This document shows, one piece after another, positions 51,129-61,626 of a stretch of DNA of 64,000 nucleotides (positions are counted from its first letter, which is position 1; the number at the start of each line of letters is the position of its first letter). Location: assembly GCA_963704645.1 (NCBI GenBank), contig OY969926.1, positions 320,001 through 384,000 on the forward strand, read 5' to 3'. The position numbers and the translations under genes were made by a program. This DNA comes from an uncultured bacterium (GTDB taxonomy: Bacteria; Patescibacteriota; JACMRA01). The notes under the pieces are model-generated. The model saw nothing but the letters and a program-made list of their open reading frames with translations, was not told where the DNA came from and searched no databases.

Positions 51129-51800
51129 ATGAGCTTAAAAGTGCAAATTGAACCAGAATGGAAAGAGGTTTTACAGGAATATTTTAAGAAAGATGAGTTT
51201 GAAAATTTAACTACTTTTGTTAAAAATGAGTATCTTACTAAAACAGTTTTTCCCAGTCCTGAAAACATTTTTAAAGCTTTTTGGAACACTCCTTTTTCTA
51301 AAGTTAAAGTGGTAATTTTAGGGCAAGATCCTTACCATGGTTTTGGCCAAGCTCACGGCCTTTCTTTTTCGGTTCAAGATGGGGTAAAAGTTCCACCTTC
51401 ACTTCAAAACATATATAAAGAATTGCAAGATGAATTTGGAATAAAAAAAGATTTTAGCAATGGTAATTTAGAAGGTTGGACTAAACAAGGTGTCTTTTTA
51501 TTAAACTCGGTTTTAACAGTTGTGGCTAATTCTGCGGCTTCACATCAGGGGAAAGGCTGGGAAGAATTTACCAATTTTGTAATTTCAAAACTGTCTGATG
51601 AAAGTGAACATCTAGTGTTTTTATTGTGGGGAAATTTCGCTAAATCTAAGGCTAATTTAATTGATTCTTCAAAACATTTAATTTTAACAGCTCCACACCC
51701 TTCGCCTTTTTCTGCTCATTCTGGGTTTTTTGGCTGCAATCATTTTAAACTTTGCAATGAATACTTAAATAAGAATGGTTCACAGGCAATTGAATGGTAG
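51129..51800 (+). CDS. ung: Uracil-DNA glycosylase (family 1)
   Basis: GQDPYH, VPPSLQN, LLNSVLT, HPSPFS; ATG 51129 preferred. Confidence 0.96.
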   Translation: MSLKVQIEPEWKEVLQEYFKKDEFENLTTFVKNEYLTKTVFPSPENIFKAFWNTPFSKVKVVILGQDPYHGFGQAHGLSFSVQDGVKVPPSLQNIYKELQDEFGIKKDFSNGNLEGWTKQGVFLLNSVLTVVANSAASHQGKGWEEFTNFVISKLSDESEHLVFLLWGNFAKSKANLIDSSKHLILTAPHPSPFSAHSGFFGCNHFKLCNEYLNKNGSQAIEW

Positions 51801-51889
51801 TGTAGTGGTAATTTACCCTTAAATTGGCATTTGTGGCTGATTGACAACCTGGCCATTTAAATTCACTATTAAGTAAAGTCAAGCAAATT

Positions 51890-52273
51890 ATGGTTAACGC
51901 AAGCGCAACAACTTTCAAAAAAAGAAAAACTAATTTACACAAAAAAGACCGAGAATTTATTTTAACAGTTTCTTTATTTTTATTAAATCAAGAAGAGCTT
52001 AGAAAACTTTTTTGGAGTGTTAAATCTGTAAATTACGACACCACTTATCAAACCTTAGGTGTTGGCATCTCTACCACAAAAGGAAAATATGGAACAACGT
52101 TGGCCAAATTAAGAAAGTGCAGCCGAGATTTATCTGATCATTTATATGAAAATGGTCTTACTTTTCGTAAGGCAAAAGTTAGCTTCTTCATTAGCAAAGA
52201 AGATTTTGAGTTGGAAAGATTATATAGTTTGCTTGCAGATACCGAAAGAGCTTTAAAAGCTGAACAAGAATAG
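51890..52273 (+). CDS. rbfA: Highly divergent ribosome-binding factor A-like protein
   Basis: Length and pattern match the RbfA KH fold (SVKSVNYD...VGIS...L-x-KL...LTFRKAKVSF...ERLYSLL). Confidence 0.5.
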   Translation: MVNASATTFKKRKTNLHKKDREFILTVSLFLLNQEELRKLFWSVKSVNYDTTYQTLGVGISTTKGKYGTTLAKLRKCSRDLSDHLYENGLTFRKAKVSFFISKEDFELERLYSLLADTERALKAEQE

Positions 52274-52278
52274 ATAGT

Positions 52279-53256
52279 ATGAATTTTTTCCAGGAATTAT
52301 TTTACCAAATAGTTTACAGACCGCAATTAAATCTTCTTCAGTTATTTTATAATATTACCAACGATATAGGTGTTAGTATTGTAATTTTATCTGTTATTTT
52401 GAATTTGTGTTTGTGGCCTTTTCTAATTAAGACCTACGTTAATGGTCAAAAAGTTAGAGTATTACAACCAAAATTGAAAGAAATTCAAGCTAAATACAAA
52501 GGTAATCAGCAAGAAATGTTAACCCAAACAATGGCTTTTAATAAGAAGCATGGTGTTAGCAGTGGTTCAACTTTTTTGGTTCTATTTTTACAATTATTTT
52601 TCATTTCTGGTTTGTGGGTTTTAACCACAGATGTTTCTACGGGTAAACAGGTTGGAGGAATATATAGTTTTATTTCTAGTACAGATATAGCTACTTTTGG
52701 AACCCAGGCTTTCGGCGTTTTAAACATTGGCGACCCTGGCTCTAAAAATATTATTTTGCCTTTGGCCTATTTTGTTTTATCTACTTTGTATGGTCTTTAT
52801 TTATACAGATGGTCACCTAAATTAGAAATCCCAGAAGATTTAAAAGCGAAGGAGAAAAAGAAAGACGACAAAGAAGAAAAGCCAGTTTTTGACCCTGAAG
52901 CTTTCAACAAAAGTTTGGAATTCCAAACAATTTACGTAATGCCGTTGTTCCTGTTTTTTATTAACTATGGTTTAACAACTGGTGTTAATTTATATTCTGT
53001 TACTGCTGGTGTTCTATCACTTTTAAGACAGATGTATATTACCAAATTTTACAGATTAGATGTTGGTAAATTGCTTGAAAGCGTGGCCGACAGTGACCCT
53101 ACAAGCAAAGATAATATTACTAGTAACAATTTGAATATATTGGCAGATCCAAGCCAAATGGCAGACGCAGAAGTTGCTACACTAGTTATAAAAAAAGATA
53201 AATCCAAGCCTCAGAGTTCATCTAAAAAGGTTAAATCTGTTAAAAAGAAGAAGTAA
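52279..53256 (+). CDS. yidC: Membrane protein insertase YidC/Oxa1
   Basis: IGVSIVILS, LQPKLKEIQAKYKGN, GVNLY, Q before the C-tail. Confidence 0.85.
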   Translation: MNFFQELFYQIVYRPQLNLLQLFYNITNDIGVSIVILSVILNLCLWPFLIKTYVNGQKVRVLQPKLKEIQAKYKGNQQEMLTQTMAFNKKHGVSSGSTFLVLFLQLFFISGLWVLTTDVSTGKQVGGIYSFISSTDIATFGTQAFGVLNIGDPGSKNIILPLAYFVLSTLYGLYLYRWSPKLEIPEDLKAKEKKKDDKEEKPVFDPEAFNKSLEFQTIYVMPLFLFFINYGLTTGVNLYSVTAGVLSLLRQMYITKFYRLDVGKLLESVADSDPTSKDNITSNNLNILADPSQMADAEVATLVIKKDKSKPQSSSKKVKSVKKKK

Positions 53257-53306
53257 AGTTTGTAGCTTGGTTTTGACAGTTAAAGCCAAATTAAACTTAT
53301 TGAAGT

Positions 53307-54281
53307 ATGAAGATTTTGTTAATTGATACGGCTTATTTAACTTACCGTTCTTACTTTGGCTACCCAAAAGATTTTACAGCTAAAGTTGACGGTGGTGAAG
53401 TTCCAACTGGTGCAATTTATGGTTTTGCAAAGACAATCTTAGCTTTAATAAAAAAGTATAAGCCAGATCAATTAATTTTTACAAACGACACTCCTGCACC
53501 TACTTGGAGACATAAAGAAAAAGATGACTACAAAGCTGGTAGGGCAGAAATAGAGCCTGCCATGATCTCGCAGCTGCCTTTAATTAAAGAGTGGTGTAAG
53601 CTGGTAACACCTAACTATTTAGAATTAGATGGTTGGGAGGCAGATGATTTAATTTACACCGTTTGCAGTCAATTTTTAGGTAATTTTGGACAAACAACTA
53701 AAGCCGAGCAAATTTTAATTTTTTCTTCAGATAGAGACTTGTTGCAATTGTTGGTTTACCCTGAAGTTGTTTTTTTGCAGTCCAACCCGTTTAAGAAAAT
53801 AATTCAAGAATTAGGTGGAGAAGAGTTTAAAGAAAAATATATTTTAGAGCCAATTCAGTGGTTAGATTACAAAGCTTTGGTAGGGGATAATTCAGATAAT
53901 TTACAGGGAATACCAGGAATAGGTCCTAAAACTGCCACAGACATTTTAAATATTTTTGGAAGTTTATATAATTTGTTTAACTTGTATGGTTTAGAAACAG
54001 GTATTTTTAGTCCAACCTTGCCCTTGCCTGCAGGCTTTGATGAAACAAAAATTCCTAACAGATTATTAAAATTTATAGAGTTAATTAAACAAAGCCAAGA
54101 AAGCCTGGCTATAACTTACCGTTTATCTAGGTTGGAACTTGTACCTAACACTCAAATTTCTAGCACCAAAGCTAGCTTTACCAATTCAATACCTTTCATG
54201 CAGAAATACAGTTTGAATTCTGTAATAAACGAAGTAAAAATATTGGAAGATAAGGAAGTTAGAAGTGAAGGGTTGTTTTAG
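53307..54281 (+). CDS. Stand-alone 5'-3' exonuclease (Pol I N-terminal/FEN-like)
   Basis: LID...YRSYF, YKAGR, EADD, SSDRDLLQL, LVGDNSDNLQGIPGIGPKTA. Confidence 0.9.
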   Translation: MKILLIDTAYLTYRSYFGYPKDFTAKVDGGEVPTGAIYGFAKTILALIKKYKPDQLIFTNDTPAPTWRHKEKDDYKAGRAEIEPAMISQLPLIKEWCKLVTPNYLELDGWEADDLIYTVCSQFLGNFGQTTKAEQILIFSSDRDLLQLLVYPEVVFLQSNPFKKIIQELGGEEFKEKYILEPIQWLDYKALVGDNSDNLQGIPGIGPKTATDILNIFGSLYNLFNLYGLETGIFSPTLPLPAGFDETKIPNRLLKFIELIKQSQESLAITYRLSRLELVPNTQISSTKASFTNSIPFMQKYSLNSVINEVKILEDKEVRSEGLF

Positions 54282-54412
54282 TTGAGAAAAGTAAAATTGC
54301 TTTTTATTATTTGGTCAGACAAGTTATTGTGCAATGTTTTTTCTAAAATAAATTCTTTAAATTATGCAATTTCTATCTAACACAGCGTGTAGGGTTAGTG
54401 CTCAGTAATTAT

Positions 54413-55469
54413 GAGTTAATAACCAAAAACTATCACTTAAAAACTCCACTTCTGTTGATTAAATAGATATATTATGGCATAATAACTTAAACACTCCAAG
54501 TTTTTGTATGTCTAGACACTGTATTTTCTGTTATTCAATTGAAGTTATTAAGAAAGGAAAACAGTCTGGAAGACAGAAATATTTCTGTAGAAATTGTAAC
54601 AAATACTTTCAATCCAAACCTCAAAAATCTCGTAAGGTTGATTCTATTGTTAATGCCTTAACTTTTAAAAAAATTACTCAGATTTAGATCTAAATAATAA
54701 GACTGTTCGTAAAATTGTAGATGAATATGAAGTTAAATTTACTCAGGTAGAGCCAAGTATAATTAACCTAGTCTGTGACTGTACCTTCTTTAGAAAAAGA
54801 AAAGATAAAGATGGTTTAATAATATTCTTTGATTCAATTACAGGAAAAGTATTATGGCATAAGTTTATACAATCTGAAACTAAGTCTAATTATTTAGAAG
54901 GATTAAACTACATACTCCAGAAGGGTTTTAAAATACAATCTGTAACCTTAGATGGAAGAAAAGGTATTCCAGAGGTATTTAGAGATTATCCAGTCCAAAT
55001 ATGTCAGTTTCATATACAAAAGAGAATAAGCACTTTAATTACAAAGAATCCTAGAACAATAGCTGGAAAAGAACTTAACCAAATAAATAACTTATTCATT
55101 AAAAACAAATTAACAGAACAGAGATTAGGTAAAACTCTGGCTTTATACACAAAAAGAAACCAAGACTTTCTAAGCCAAAGAAATGAACAAGGACAATACC
55201 TACATAGTAGAATAATTACAGCTTTAAAAACATTCAAAAGAAATATGAATAGATTGTTTGCTTTTCAAGAATAGCCAACTCTTAATATCCCTAATACAAC
55301 CAATCATATTGATGGAGGAATAAATACTAAATTAAAAGATTTAAATAGAAGGCATAGAGGAATGAGACAAGATAGAAGGAATAAACTTCTCACCAATTTA
55401 TTGTATAATTTGAAGGGCGAAAAGGTTAGAAATATATAATTTCAGGTGATAGTTTTTGGTTATTAACTC
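54413..55469 (+). mobile_element. IS element, IS256-family variant (Zn-binding type), 1057 bp
   Basis: Terminal IRs GAGTTAATAACCAAAAACTATCAC / GTGATAGTTTTTGGTTATTAACTC; 8-bp direct repeat GTAATTAT at 54405-54412 and 55470-55477. Confidence 0.88.
54508..55439 (+). pseudogene. Transposase with frameshift and internal stop
   Basis: N-terminal CIFC...CRNC zinc ribbon; -1 shift at the A7 run 54667-54673; then VCDCTFF, VTLDGRKG, VQICQFH, PNTTNHIDGG; in-frame TAG 55272-55274. Confidence 0.85.
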
Positions 55470-55660
55470 GTAATTATAATTGCAAATGAATAGAGGTAAT
55501 TATACCTTAACAACAAGTATCAACTGAAAATGTCTATTTGATGAATTAGTTTGGTAGTTTAATTGTTAAGAAGGAAGACTCACCTGAATACACAACAAAC
55601 ACGTTGACATTTTGTGCATTTAACTATAGTTGTAAGTAATTCAAATTTTCAATCTATTTT

Positions 55661-55975
55661 ATGAACAATAATCAACTAGACGCCAATTCTGAACTTTATA
55701 AAAAAGCAAAATTAAGAGTAGAAGAACTTAAGGGATATTACACCCACTTAGGAATATATTTTATAGTAAATATTTTCTTATTTTTACTAGATGTTTTTAA
55801 TGACCCTTCTCAGTGGTGGTTTTACTGGACTACTTTAGGTTGGGGAATCGGTATTGCAGCTCATACATTTGCAATTTTTGGAATAGCTGGAATGTTTGGA
55901 GAGAAATGGGAAAACGAACAAATTGAAAAATATATTCAAAAGAATAATTCCGATCAGTCTAACAAAACAGAATAG
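55661..55975 (+). CDS. 2TM domain protein
   Basis: KGYYTHLGIYFIVN...WFYWTTLGWGIGIAAH. Confidence 0.85.
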   Translation: MNNNQLDANSELYKKAKLRVEELKGYYTHLGIYFIVNIFLFLLDVFNDPSQWWFYWTTLGWGIGIAAHTFAIFGIAGMFGEKWENEQIEKYIQKNNSDQSNKTE

Positions 55976-56112
55976 TTTTACAGATTATTTTATTCTATCA
56001 CTGAGACAATTTTAAAATAAATTAGACTTATTGAATTAATGGATACAGTCTTTATCTATAATCAATATAAGCATTTCTTGACTTAGGTTTTTATGTTAAA
56101 TAAAACTGTTAG

Positions 56113-56844
56113 GTGGTTAATGAAATAAAAAGAATGAAAATAGAAAGCTTTGACGCTTATTTAAATTACATATTTGGAGCCATTTTCTTTGTTAGCATTT
56201 TTTTATTTACTAACAGTATTACTTTTGAGTTTGCAAGAAACCTTAGTGAGGTATTTTTATACGTTTGTGTAATTGTATTTCTAACAGCAATTTATTTAAG
56301 TTATAAATATCAGCTTAAATTTAACTGTAGAAATTTTGTTATTTGGTTGGTAATTACTTTTATTCTTACCTTAATTTTGGAAATGGTTGGAACGGCAAGC
56401 GGTTTAATTTTTGGGGAATATAAATACGGACAAGTATTGCAGCTGCAGTTATTTAGAACACCATTAATTATTGGTTTAAATTGGGCTATAATAATTTTAA
56501 GTGCCACAGAAATAGCCAGAAATATAGTAATTTCTATTAATAAATCTAAGAATACAGACTCTAATATTTTTTACTTCATAACTGGAATTTTAGCGGCTTT
56601 ATTAACCACAGCGTTTGATTATATACTAGAGCCAGTAGCAGTGTATTTAGGCTATTGGAATTGGGGAAATTCGGATATTTACAAAGTTCCATTGCAGAAC
56701 TATATAGCCTGGTTTGTAATATCTTTAATATTTAGTTGTTTCTACTTATTTTTGAAGATCAAAATAAAATCATCTTTTGTTAGAAATATTTTCTGGATGC
56801 AGTTTATATTTTTCCTGATGTTATGGATTTATTTGGTTTTGTAA
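56113..56844 (+). CDS. Carotenoid biosynthesis protein, CruF/DUF422 hydratase family
   Basis: EMVGTASGLIFGEYKY, PLIIGLNW, DYILEPVA...GYWNW, VPLQNYIAW. Confidence 0.85.
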   Translation: MVNEIKRMKIESFDAYLNYIFGAIFFVSIFLFTNSITFEFARNLSEVFLYVCVIVFLTAIYLSYKYQLKFNCRNFVIWLVITFILTLILEMVGTASGLIFGEYKYGQVLQLQLFRTPLIIGLNWAIIILSATEIARNIVISINKSKNTDSNIFYFITGILAALLTTAFDYILEPVAVYLGYWNWGNSDIYKVPLQNYIAWFVISLIFSCFYLFLKIKIKSSFVRNIFWMQFIFFLMLWIYLVL

Positions 56845-56946
56845 AAATTTTCAAATACTATTTAAGCTTATCAACAGGTTTATTTATTCAAACGTTTTTA
56901 CTCTTTTAATTTATTAATTCCTGCCTTCCTATAAGGTACAACAATC

Positions 56947-57252
56947 TTATTTTTTAGGTGATATTTTTATAGCAATTATTGGTAAAATAGTAGATAAACT
57001 TATAAAAATAATGCCAGCAGTACCAATACCATTTTCGTATATAAATATGAAATTTAAAATCAGGTTTAGAATTGTAGCTAATAATAAACCAAGCCAATAT
57101 TTAGGTTTAGCAAGATGAACTATAGCGGCAATAATTAAAACAATATTTCCACTAATTCTTAAAGCTTCAGGTTGATTTATAGCCACATGAACAATAATAT
57201 CTATAATATTTACTAGAATTAAAGCGTAGGTAAGGGTGTTTTTTTGGTTCAT
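56947..57252 (-). CDS. Small 4-TM hypothetical membrane protein
   Basis: 101-aa hydrophobic ORF co-oriented with the SDR gene. Confidence 0.55.
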   Translation of the reverse strand: MNQKNTLTYALILVNIIDIIVHVAINQPEALRISGNIVLIIAAIVHLAKPKYWLGLLLATILNLILNFIFIYENGIGTAGIIFISLSTILPIIAIKISPKK

Positions 57253-57262
57253 GTTGGTTTTG

Positions 57263-58108
57263 TTATTTTAGTAACTTTTCTACATAATCTAAACTTACCC
57301 TCCAAAGTTTATCTGCAAGGTCTTTATTTTTAGACATTTCGCTTGATTCTGCTTCCTGGTGGCCGTGCCAATATTTTCCTGATATGCCTTCAACTTGGTT
57401 AGATAAAGCTAGGAAAATGCTAGTTTGGGCTCCTTCTTCTGGGGTTATATAATTACCTAAAAAAGATTTATCTTGTTCATTCATATTATCAAATAATGCA
57501 GTTTTAACAACTCCTGGATGAAGACTATTTATGGTTATATTTGAAATATTTGCTTCTTCAAATTGTTGTTTTAAACTAAGTGAAAACAGTAAATTGCATA
57601 GTTTTGATTGAGCATAACTGTACAGCCCATTGTAATCTGGGTTTCTAAATTCAATGTCGTTGAACTGTAAAATATTTCTACGGTGAGCGTTGGATGAAGT
57701 GTTAATAATTCTTCCCGATTCAGATTTAAGAATATTTGGTAATAACAAGTTTGTAAGTAGAAATGGAGCTAAATGATTTACAGCAAAATTCATTTCAATA
57801 CCATCGTTACTTTCTTTAAATTCCATTTCCCAAGTTCCAGCATTGTTTAGTAAAACATCAATAATCGGGAATTTATGAATAACATTTTTAGCAAAATTAC
57901 TTACAGATTCTAAAGAAGCAAAATCGCCCTGAAAACAATGTATATTTTTATTACCGCTTGCTGAAATAATTTCCTGCTTTACTTGTTCGCCCTTTTCTAG
58001 GTTTCTAGTATTGAAAATAATTTGATTATCCAAGGAATTCTTGGCAATTTCAATAGCTGTTATTTTACCAATGCCAGAAGTTGCGCCTGTAATTACAAAA
58101 GTTTTCAT
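57263..58108 (-). CDS. Short-chain dehydrogenase/reductase, retinol-DH/WWOX-like subfamily
   Basis: TGATSGIG, NNAG, FAVNHLAPFLLT, YAQSK, HPGVVKT. Confidence 0.9.
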   Translation of the reverse strand: MKTFVITGATSGIGKITAIEIAKNSLDNQIIFNTRNLEKGEQVKQEIISASGNKNIHCFQGDFASLESVSNFAKNVIHKFPIIDVLLNNAGTWEMEFKESNDGIEMNFAVNHLAPFLLTNLLLPNILKSESGRIINTSSNAHRRNILQFNDIEFRNPDYNGLYSYAQSKLCNLLFSLSLKQQFEEANISNITINSLHPGVVKTALFDNMNEQDKSFLGNYITPEEGAQTSIFLALSNQVEGISGKYWHGHQEAESSEMSKNKDLADKLWRVSLDYVEKLLK

Positions 58109-58275
58109 AAGAATAAGTGTTAACCAAATCTGTAAAAATTAATTGTTTGGGTCAAGCTATATATCTTTTCTTAATTACTATTAGTAACTATTCCACAACA
58201 ACATGTATCAACTTAAAAGTATTCATTTAAAGATAAAATTTAGGCTATACTTTTTAAGAAGTTATACTAACCTTA

Positions 58276-59088
58276 CTATTTATAAATACTTTCAATAATA
58301 TATTCCGAGTCTACTTTTGATAGTTTAAACTTTACAACTAGATCGGTGGATGTACCATCAACTGTTGTAAAAGTTCGATTGTCTGTTCTAATGAATATTC
58401 TAACATTAAGATCTGCATTTTTTTCCATGTCGAATGGATTAAAGCTTACAAAACTAGATTTCAATAAGTTATTTTCATTTAGAAAAGCTTTAAAAGCCGA
58501 TACATTTTCAGATCTTCTTAAGTCTAATTTCCCCCATTCAGAATTAGTATAAATAAATATTGCTGAGGATGTATTTAGAACTGTTAAACCTTCTCCAAAG
58601 TTCACAAAAGTACCGGTTTGTGACTTTAAAAATGCACCGTTTTCAAACTCTGTAAAATCCCAATTATTATTCTTGTTTAAGAGTTGTTCAAAAACATTAT
58701 CATAATCAATTTTTTGTTGGTTGTAGCTTGAAAATAGTTCGCCTTGGTAATATACTTTCAAATTCGGATATTTATTAAATTTTAAGTTATAGTAAAAATC
58801 TTTTGTGGTTGTAACACTGCAACCATATTTTATTCCTGGGTAAAAAAATAATCCAGAAGTGCTTTCATAAGTACTTGATATTTTAGGATTATATAAACCA
58901 TCAACCTGCATTTCAATCTCAGGATTGCTTTTAAGCGTATAAGTTTTTGAAGAATATTCTTTGTTTAAATTTGCGCAATTAGCAGTATGAATTTGTGACC
59001 AACTAAACTGCCATCCAAAATACACAAATATAATAATTACAGGAATTAAGATTACAGCAAATATAATTTTAAGAGTAGGTTTTTTCAT
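58276..59088 (-). CDS. Hypothetical exported protein
   Basis: 270 aa with an N-terminal TM/signal segment. Confidence 0.55.
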   Translation of the reverse strand: MKKPTLKIIFAVILIPVIIIFVYFGWQFSWSQIHTANCANLNKEYSSKTYTLKSNPEIEMQVDGLYNPKISSTYESTSGLFFYPGIKYGCSVTTTKDFYYNLKFNKYPNLKVYYQGELFSSYNQQKIDYDNVFEQLLNKNNNWDFTEFENGAFLKSQTGTFVNFGEGLTVLNTSSAIFIYTNSEWGKLDLRRSENVSAFKAFLNENNLLKSSFVSFNPFDMEKNADLNVRIFIRTDNRTFTTVDGTSTDLVVKFKLSKVDSEYIIESIYK

Positions 59089-59223
59089 ATATGCTTGAAG
59101 TTAATTTCATCATCATAAAAGGTAAATATACTAATGAAGTCAACTTATTATCTATATTACAATTAAAGCTAAAAAATGTTTAATTATGTTGCACTAAATT
59201 GCCAAGCTTGGGAAACTTAAAAT

Positions 59224-59634
59224 TTACATTTTTCCTATAAACTGTTCAATTGCATTTTTAATTTTATCATCCCAAAAATCACCAATGGGAATTCCAAAAA
59301 CAATCGATTTTGTTTCAAAAACATATTCTTGGGAAATTGGTAAAACAGCCCTTCTTAGATAAGCATTGGTTATATCTTCTCTTTTGATTTCAAATCCGTA
59401 CATACCCAAAGATTCAGCCCATTTTACATTAAAAATTTTCACAAATTTCCCAACACTATAGACAATCCTTTCCGAAGTAATAATCAGGCGAGCACCTACT
59501 GTTCCTGAACTACCAATTCCATTTAAAAAATCTGCAGATTGATTCTTGTAGAAGGTTATTTCTCTAGAATTAAAAAAGGAGGTGGAATATAAAATTTCTT
59601 CAGTTTCATTTTGGATAAATTTGGACATATTCAA
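59224..59634 (-). CDS. Hypothetical protein, possible PH/GRAM-like fold
   Basis: RLIITSERIVY and EIKREDI patterns. Confidence 0.45.
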   Translation of the reverse strand: MNMSKFIQNETEEILYSTSFFNSREITFYKNQSADFLNGIGSSGTVGARLIITSERIVYSVGKFVKIFNVKWAESLGMYGFEIKREDITNAYLRRAVLPISQEYVFETKSIVFGIPIGDFWDDKIKNAIEQFIGKM

Positions 59635-59661
59635 GTAATTTTAAATTTTTTACAAGTTATT

Positions 59662-60021
59662 TTATTTCCTCAATATTTTATCCATACTTTTACCCTTGGC
59701 TAGTTCATCAATTAGCTTATCTAAATACCTAATTTCTTTCATTAACGGTTCTTGAATATCTTCTATTCTTACCCCGCAAATAACGCCTTTCACTAAAGTT
59801 CGAAGCGGATTAAGTTTAGCCTCTGCAAAAAATGTTTCGAAATTTACCATGTTTTCTAGTTGCTTTTCAAATTCTTTTTGAGTGTAACCAGTAAGCCATA
59901 AAATAATTTCATCAACCTCGTTTTTGGTGCGACCTTTTCTTTCTGCTTTTTGAATGTACAATTTATACACACTGGCAAAAGACATGTTGTAAATTCTTGG
60001 TTTGATTAGGGTTTCAGACAT
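59662..60021 (-). CDS. DUF2200 family protein
   Basis: [46 protein letters not shown]. Confidence 0.9.
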   Translation of the reverse strand: MSETLIKPRIYNMSFASVYKLYIQKAERKGRTKNEVDEIILWLTGYTQKEFEKQLENMVNFETFFAEAKLNPLRTLVKGVICGVRIEDIQEPLMKEIRYLDKLIDELAKGKSMDKILRK

Positions 60022-60034
60022 ATACTAATTGAAT

Positions 60035-61522
60035 TTATATAATTTGATTTAACAGAATTGCACTCTCAACAGCCAGGGGCATACCCCCTCCAGGATGAAC
60101 GCTGCCGCCTGTATAAAAAAGGTTATCAATTTTTTTGTCTTTGCTTTTTGGTCTATAAAAAGCATTTAACATAACGTTGCTATTTAGGCCGTACAAGCTG
60201 CCAAGATAACTGCCAGTTTCAGATTCTATTTCGTTGGGATTCATAGTTTTTTCGCAAGTGATATATTTCTGGAAGTTTTTGATGTTTAAAACTGTTTCAA
60301 CTTTACTAATTACTTTAAATTTAATTGCTTCAATTTTATTTTCATCAAGCTTAATTCCTGCGGGTAAATTAACCATTACAAACCAATTTTGATGTCCACT
60401 TGGTGCATCGTTTTTGGTAATTAAACTAGAAATTGCAATATACACAGTTGGGTCTTCTGGAATTTTTCCTGCAAAAATTTGGTCAAACTCTAATTCATAA
60501 TTTTGACTGCATAATAAATTGTGGCTTACTAATTCTGTAAAATTGTGGCTTATTCCCCAATAGAAAATTAGACTAGACATTGAAAGCTTGTCTTTGCTTG
60601 GTGGTCTAAAATTAGTATTATTAAGAATTTTTTGGGTAGTGTAATAATCTATATTCGACACAAATAAATCAGCTTCTACTATAGAATTTTTACCTTCACT
60701 ATTTTGAACAACAATATTTTGAATTTTATTTTGGCTATAGTTAATTGATAAAAGTTTAGAGTTATAATTAATTTTTACTCCTAGTTGCCCACAAATTTTG
60801 GTTAATTGTTTTGGAAGTTCATAGATCCCATTAATTGGTGTGTATTGTTTCTCACCTCCATATTCAATTTGATTAATTAAATTAAACAAAGCTGAAGTTT
60901 GATATGGGTTGGAACCATTGTAGGTAGCCATTCTTGCAAAGATTTGCTTAGTTTTAAAGTCATTAAAATATTTATCTAATGAATTACTCATGGTTTGAAA
61001 CAGTTTGGCCTGAGGTAACAAGATTAGAGATTTCCAAAATTGTTTTTTTAATACAAGAGCTAATGAAAAATGTGAAAACAAAAATAAACTAGAGCAAATA
61101 TCCCACTGTTTTTTAGTATCTTTTATAAATTTTAAAAGTTTTACAGAATTATCGGAGGTCTTTTTTTCAAGCTCAATACCAAACTTTTTAATGTCAGGAT
61201 AGGTCTGAATAAATTGGTTGTAACTCCAAAAATATTTTGCCCCAACTGTAACTTCTACAAGAGGGTTTAGTTCTTCAAAATTATAGCCAAGCTGTTGGTA
61301 CAAGTCTTGCCAGATTGGCAACAAACTAAAAAGCGAAGGGCCAGTGTCAAAACGGTATTGGTGGTTTTGATTAAATTTAGATTGTAAAAATAATTCTCTA
61401 GCCTTGCCACCACTGTTTGAATTTTGTTCAAATAATTCAACTTCAAAACCACGCTTGGCTAGTAATGCGCTTATTGCAAGACCGCCCAAACCAGCCCCAA
61501 TTACTATTACTTTTTTAGGCAT
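60035..61522 (-). CDS. Phytoene desaturase family enzyme, CrtD/CrtI-like
   Basis: VIGAGLGGL, RFDTGPSL, ATYNGSNPY, NWFVMVN, GSLYGLNSN, GGSVHPGGGMPL. Confidence 0.85.
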   Translation of the reverse strand: MPKKVIVIGAGLGGLAISALLAKRGFEVELFEQNSNSGGKARELFLQSKFNQNHQYRFDTGPSLFSLLPIWQDLYQQLGYNFEELNPLVEVTVGAKYFWSYNQFIQTYPDIKKFGIELEKKTSDNSVKLLKFIKDTKKQWDICSSLFLFSHFSLALVLKKQFWKSLILLPQAKLFQTMSNSLDKYFNDFKTKQIFARMATYNGSNPYQTSALFNLINQIEYGGEKQYTPINGIYELPKQLTKICGQLGVKINYNSKLLSINYSQNKIQNIVVQNSEGKNSIVEADLFVSNIDYYTTQKILNNTNFRPPSKDKLSMSSLIFYWGISHNFTELVSHNLLCSQNYELEFDQIFAGKIPEDPTVYIAISSLITKNDAPSGHQNWFVMVNLPAGIKLDENKIEAIKFKVISKVETVLNIKNFQKYITCEKTMNPNEIESETGSYLGSLYGLNSNVMLNAFYRPKSKDKKIDNLFYTGGSVHPGGGMPLAVESAILLNQII

Positions 61523-61626
61523 TTTGTTCTAAACAAAGGTTACCTATAAAGCTAACATTTTGGCAATTTTTCTGCCTATGGTTAATGGAATGGTTGTCGG
61601 AGTTGTTTTTGGTGTAGAAAATAGTA

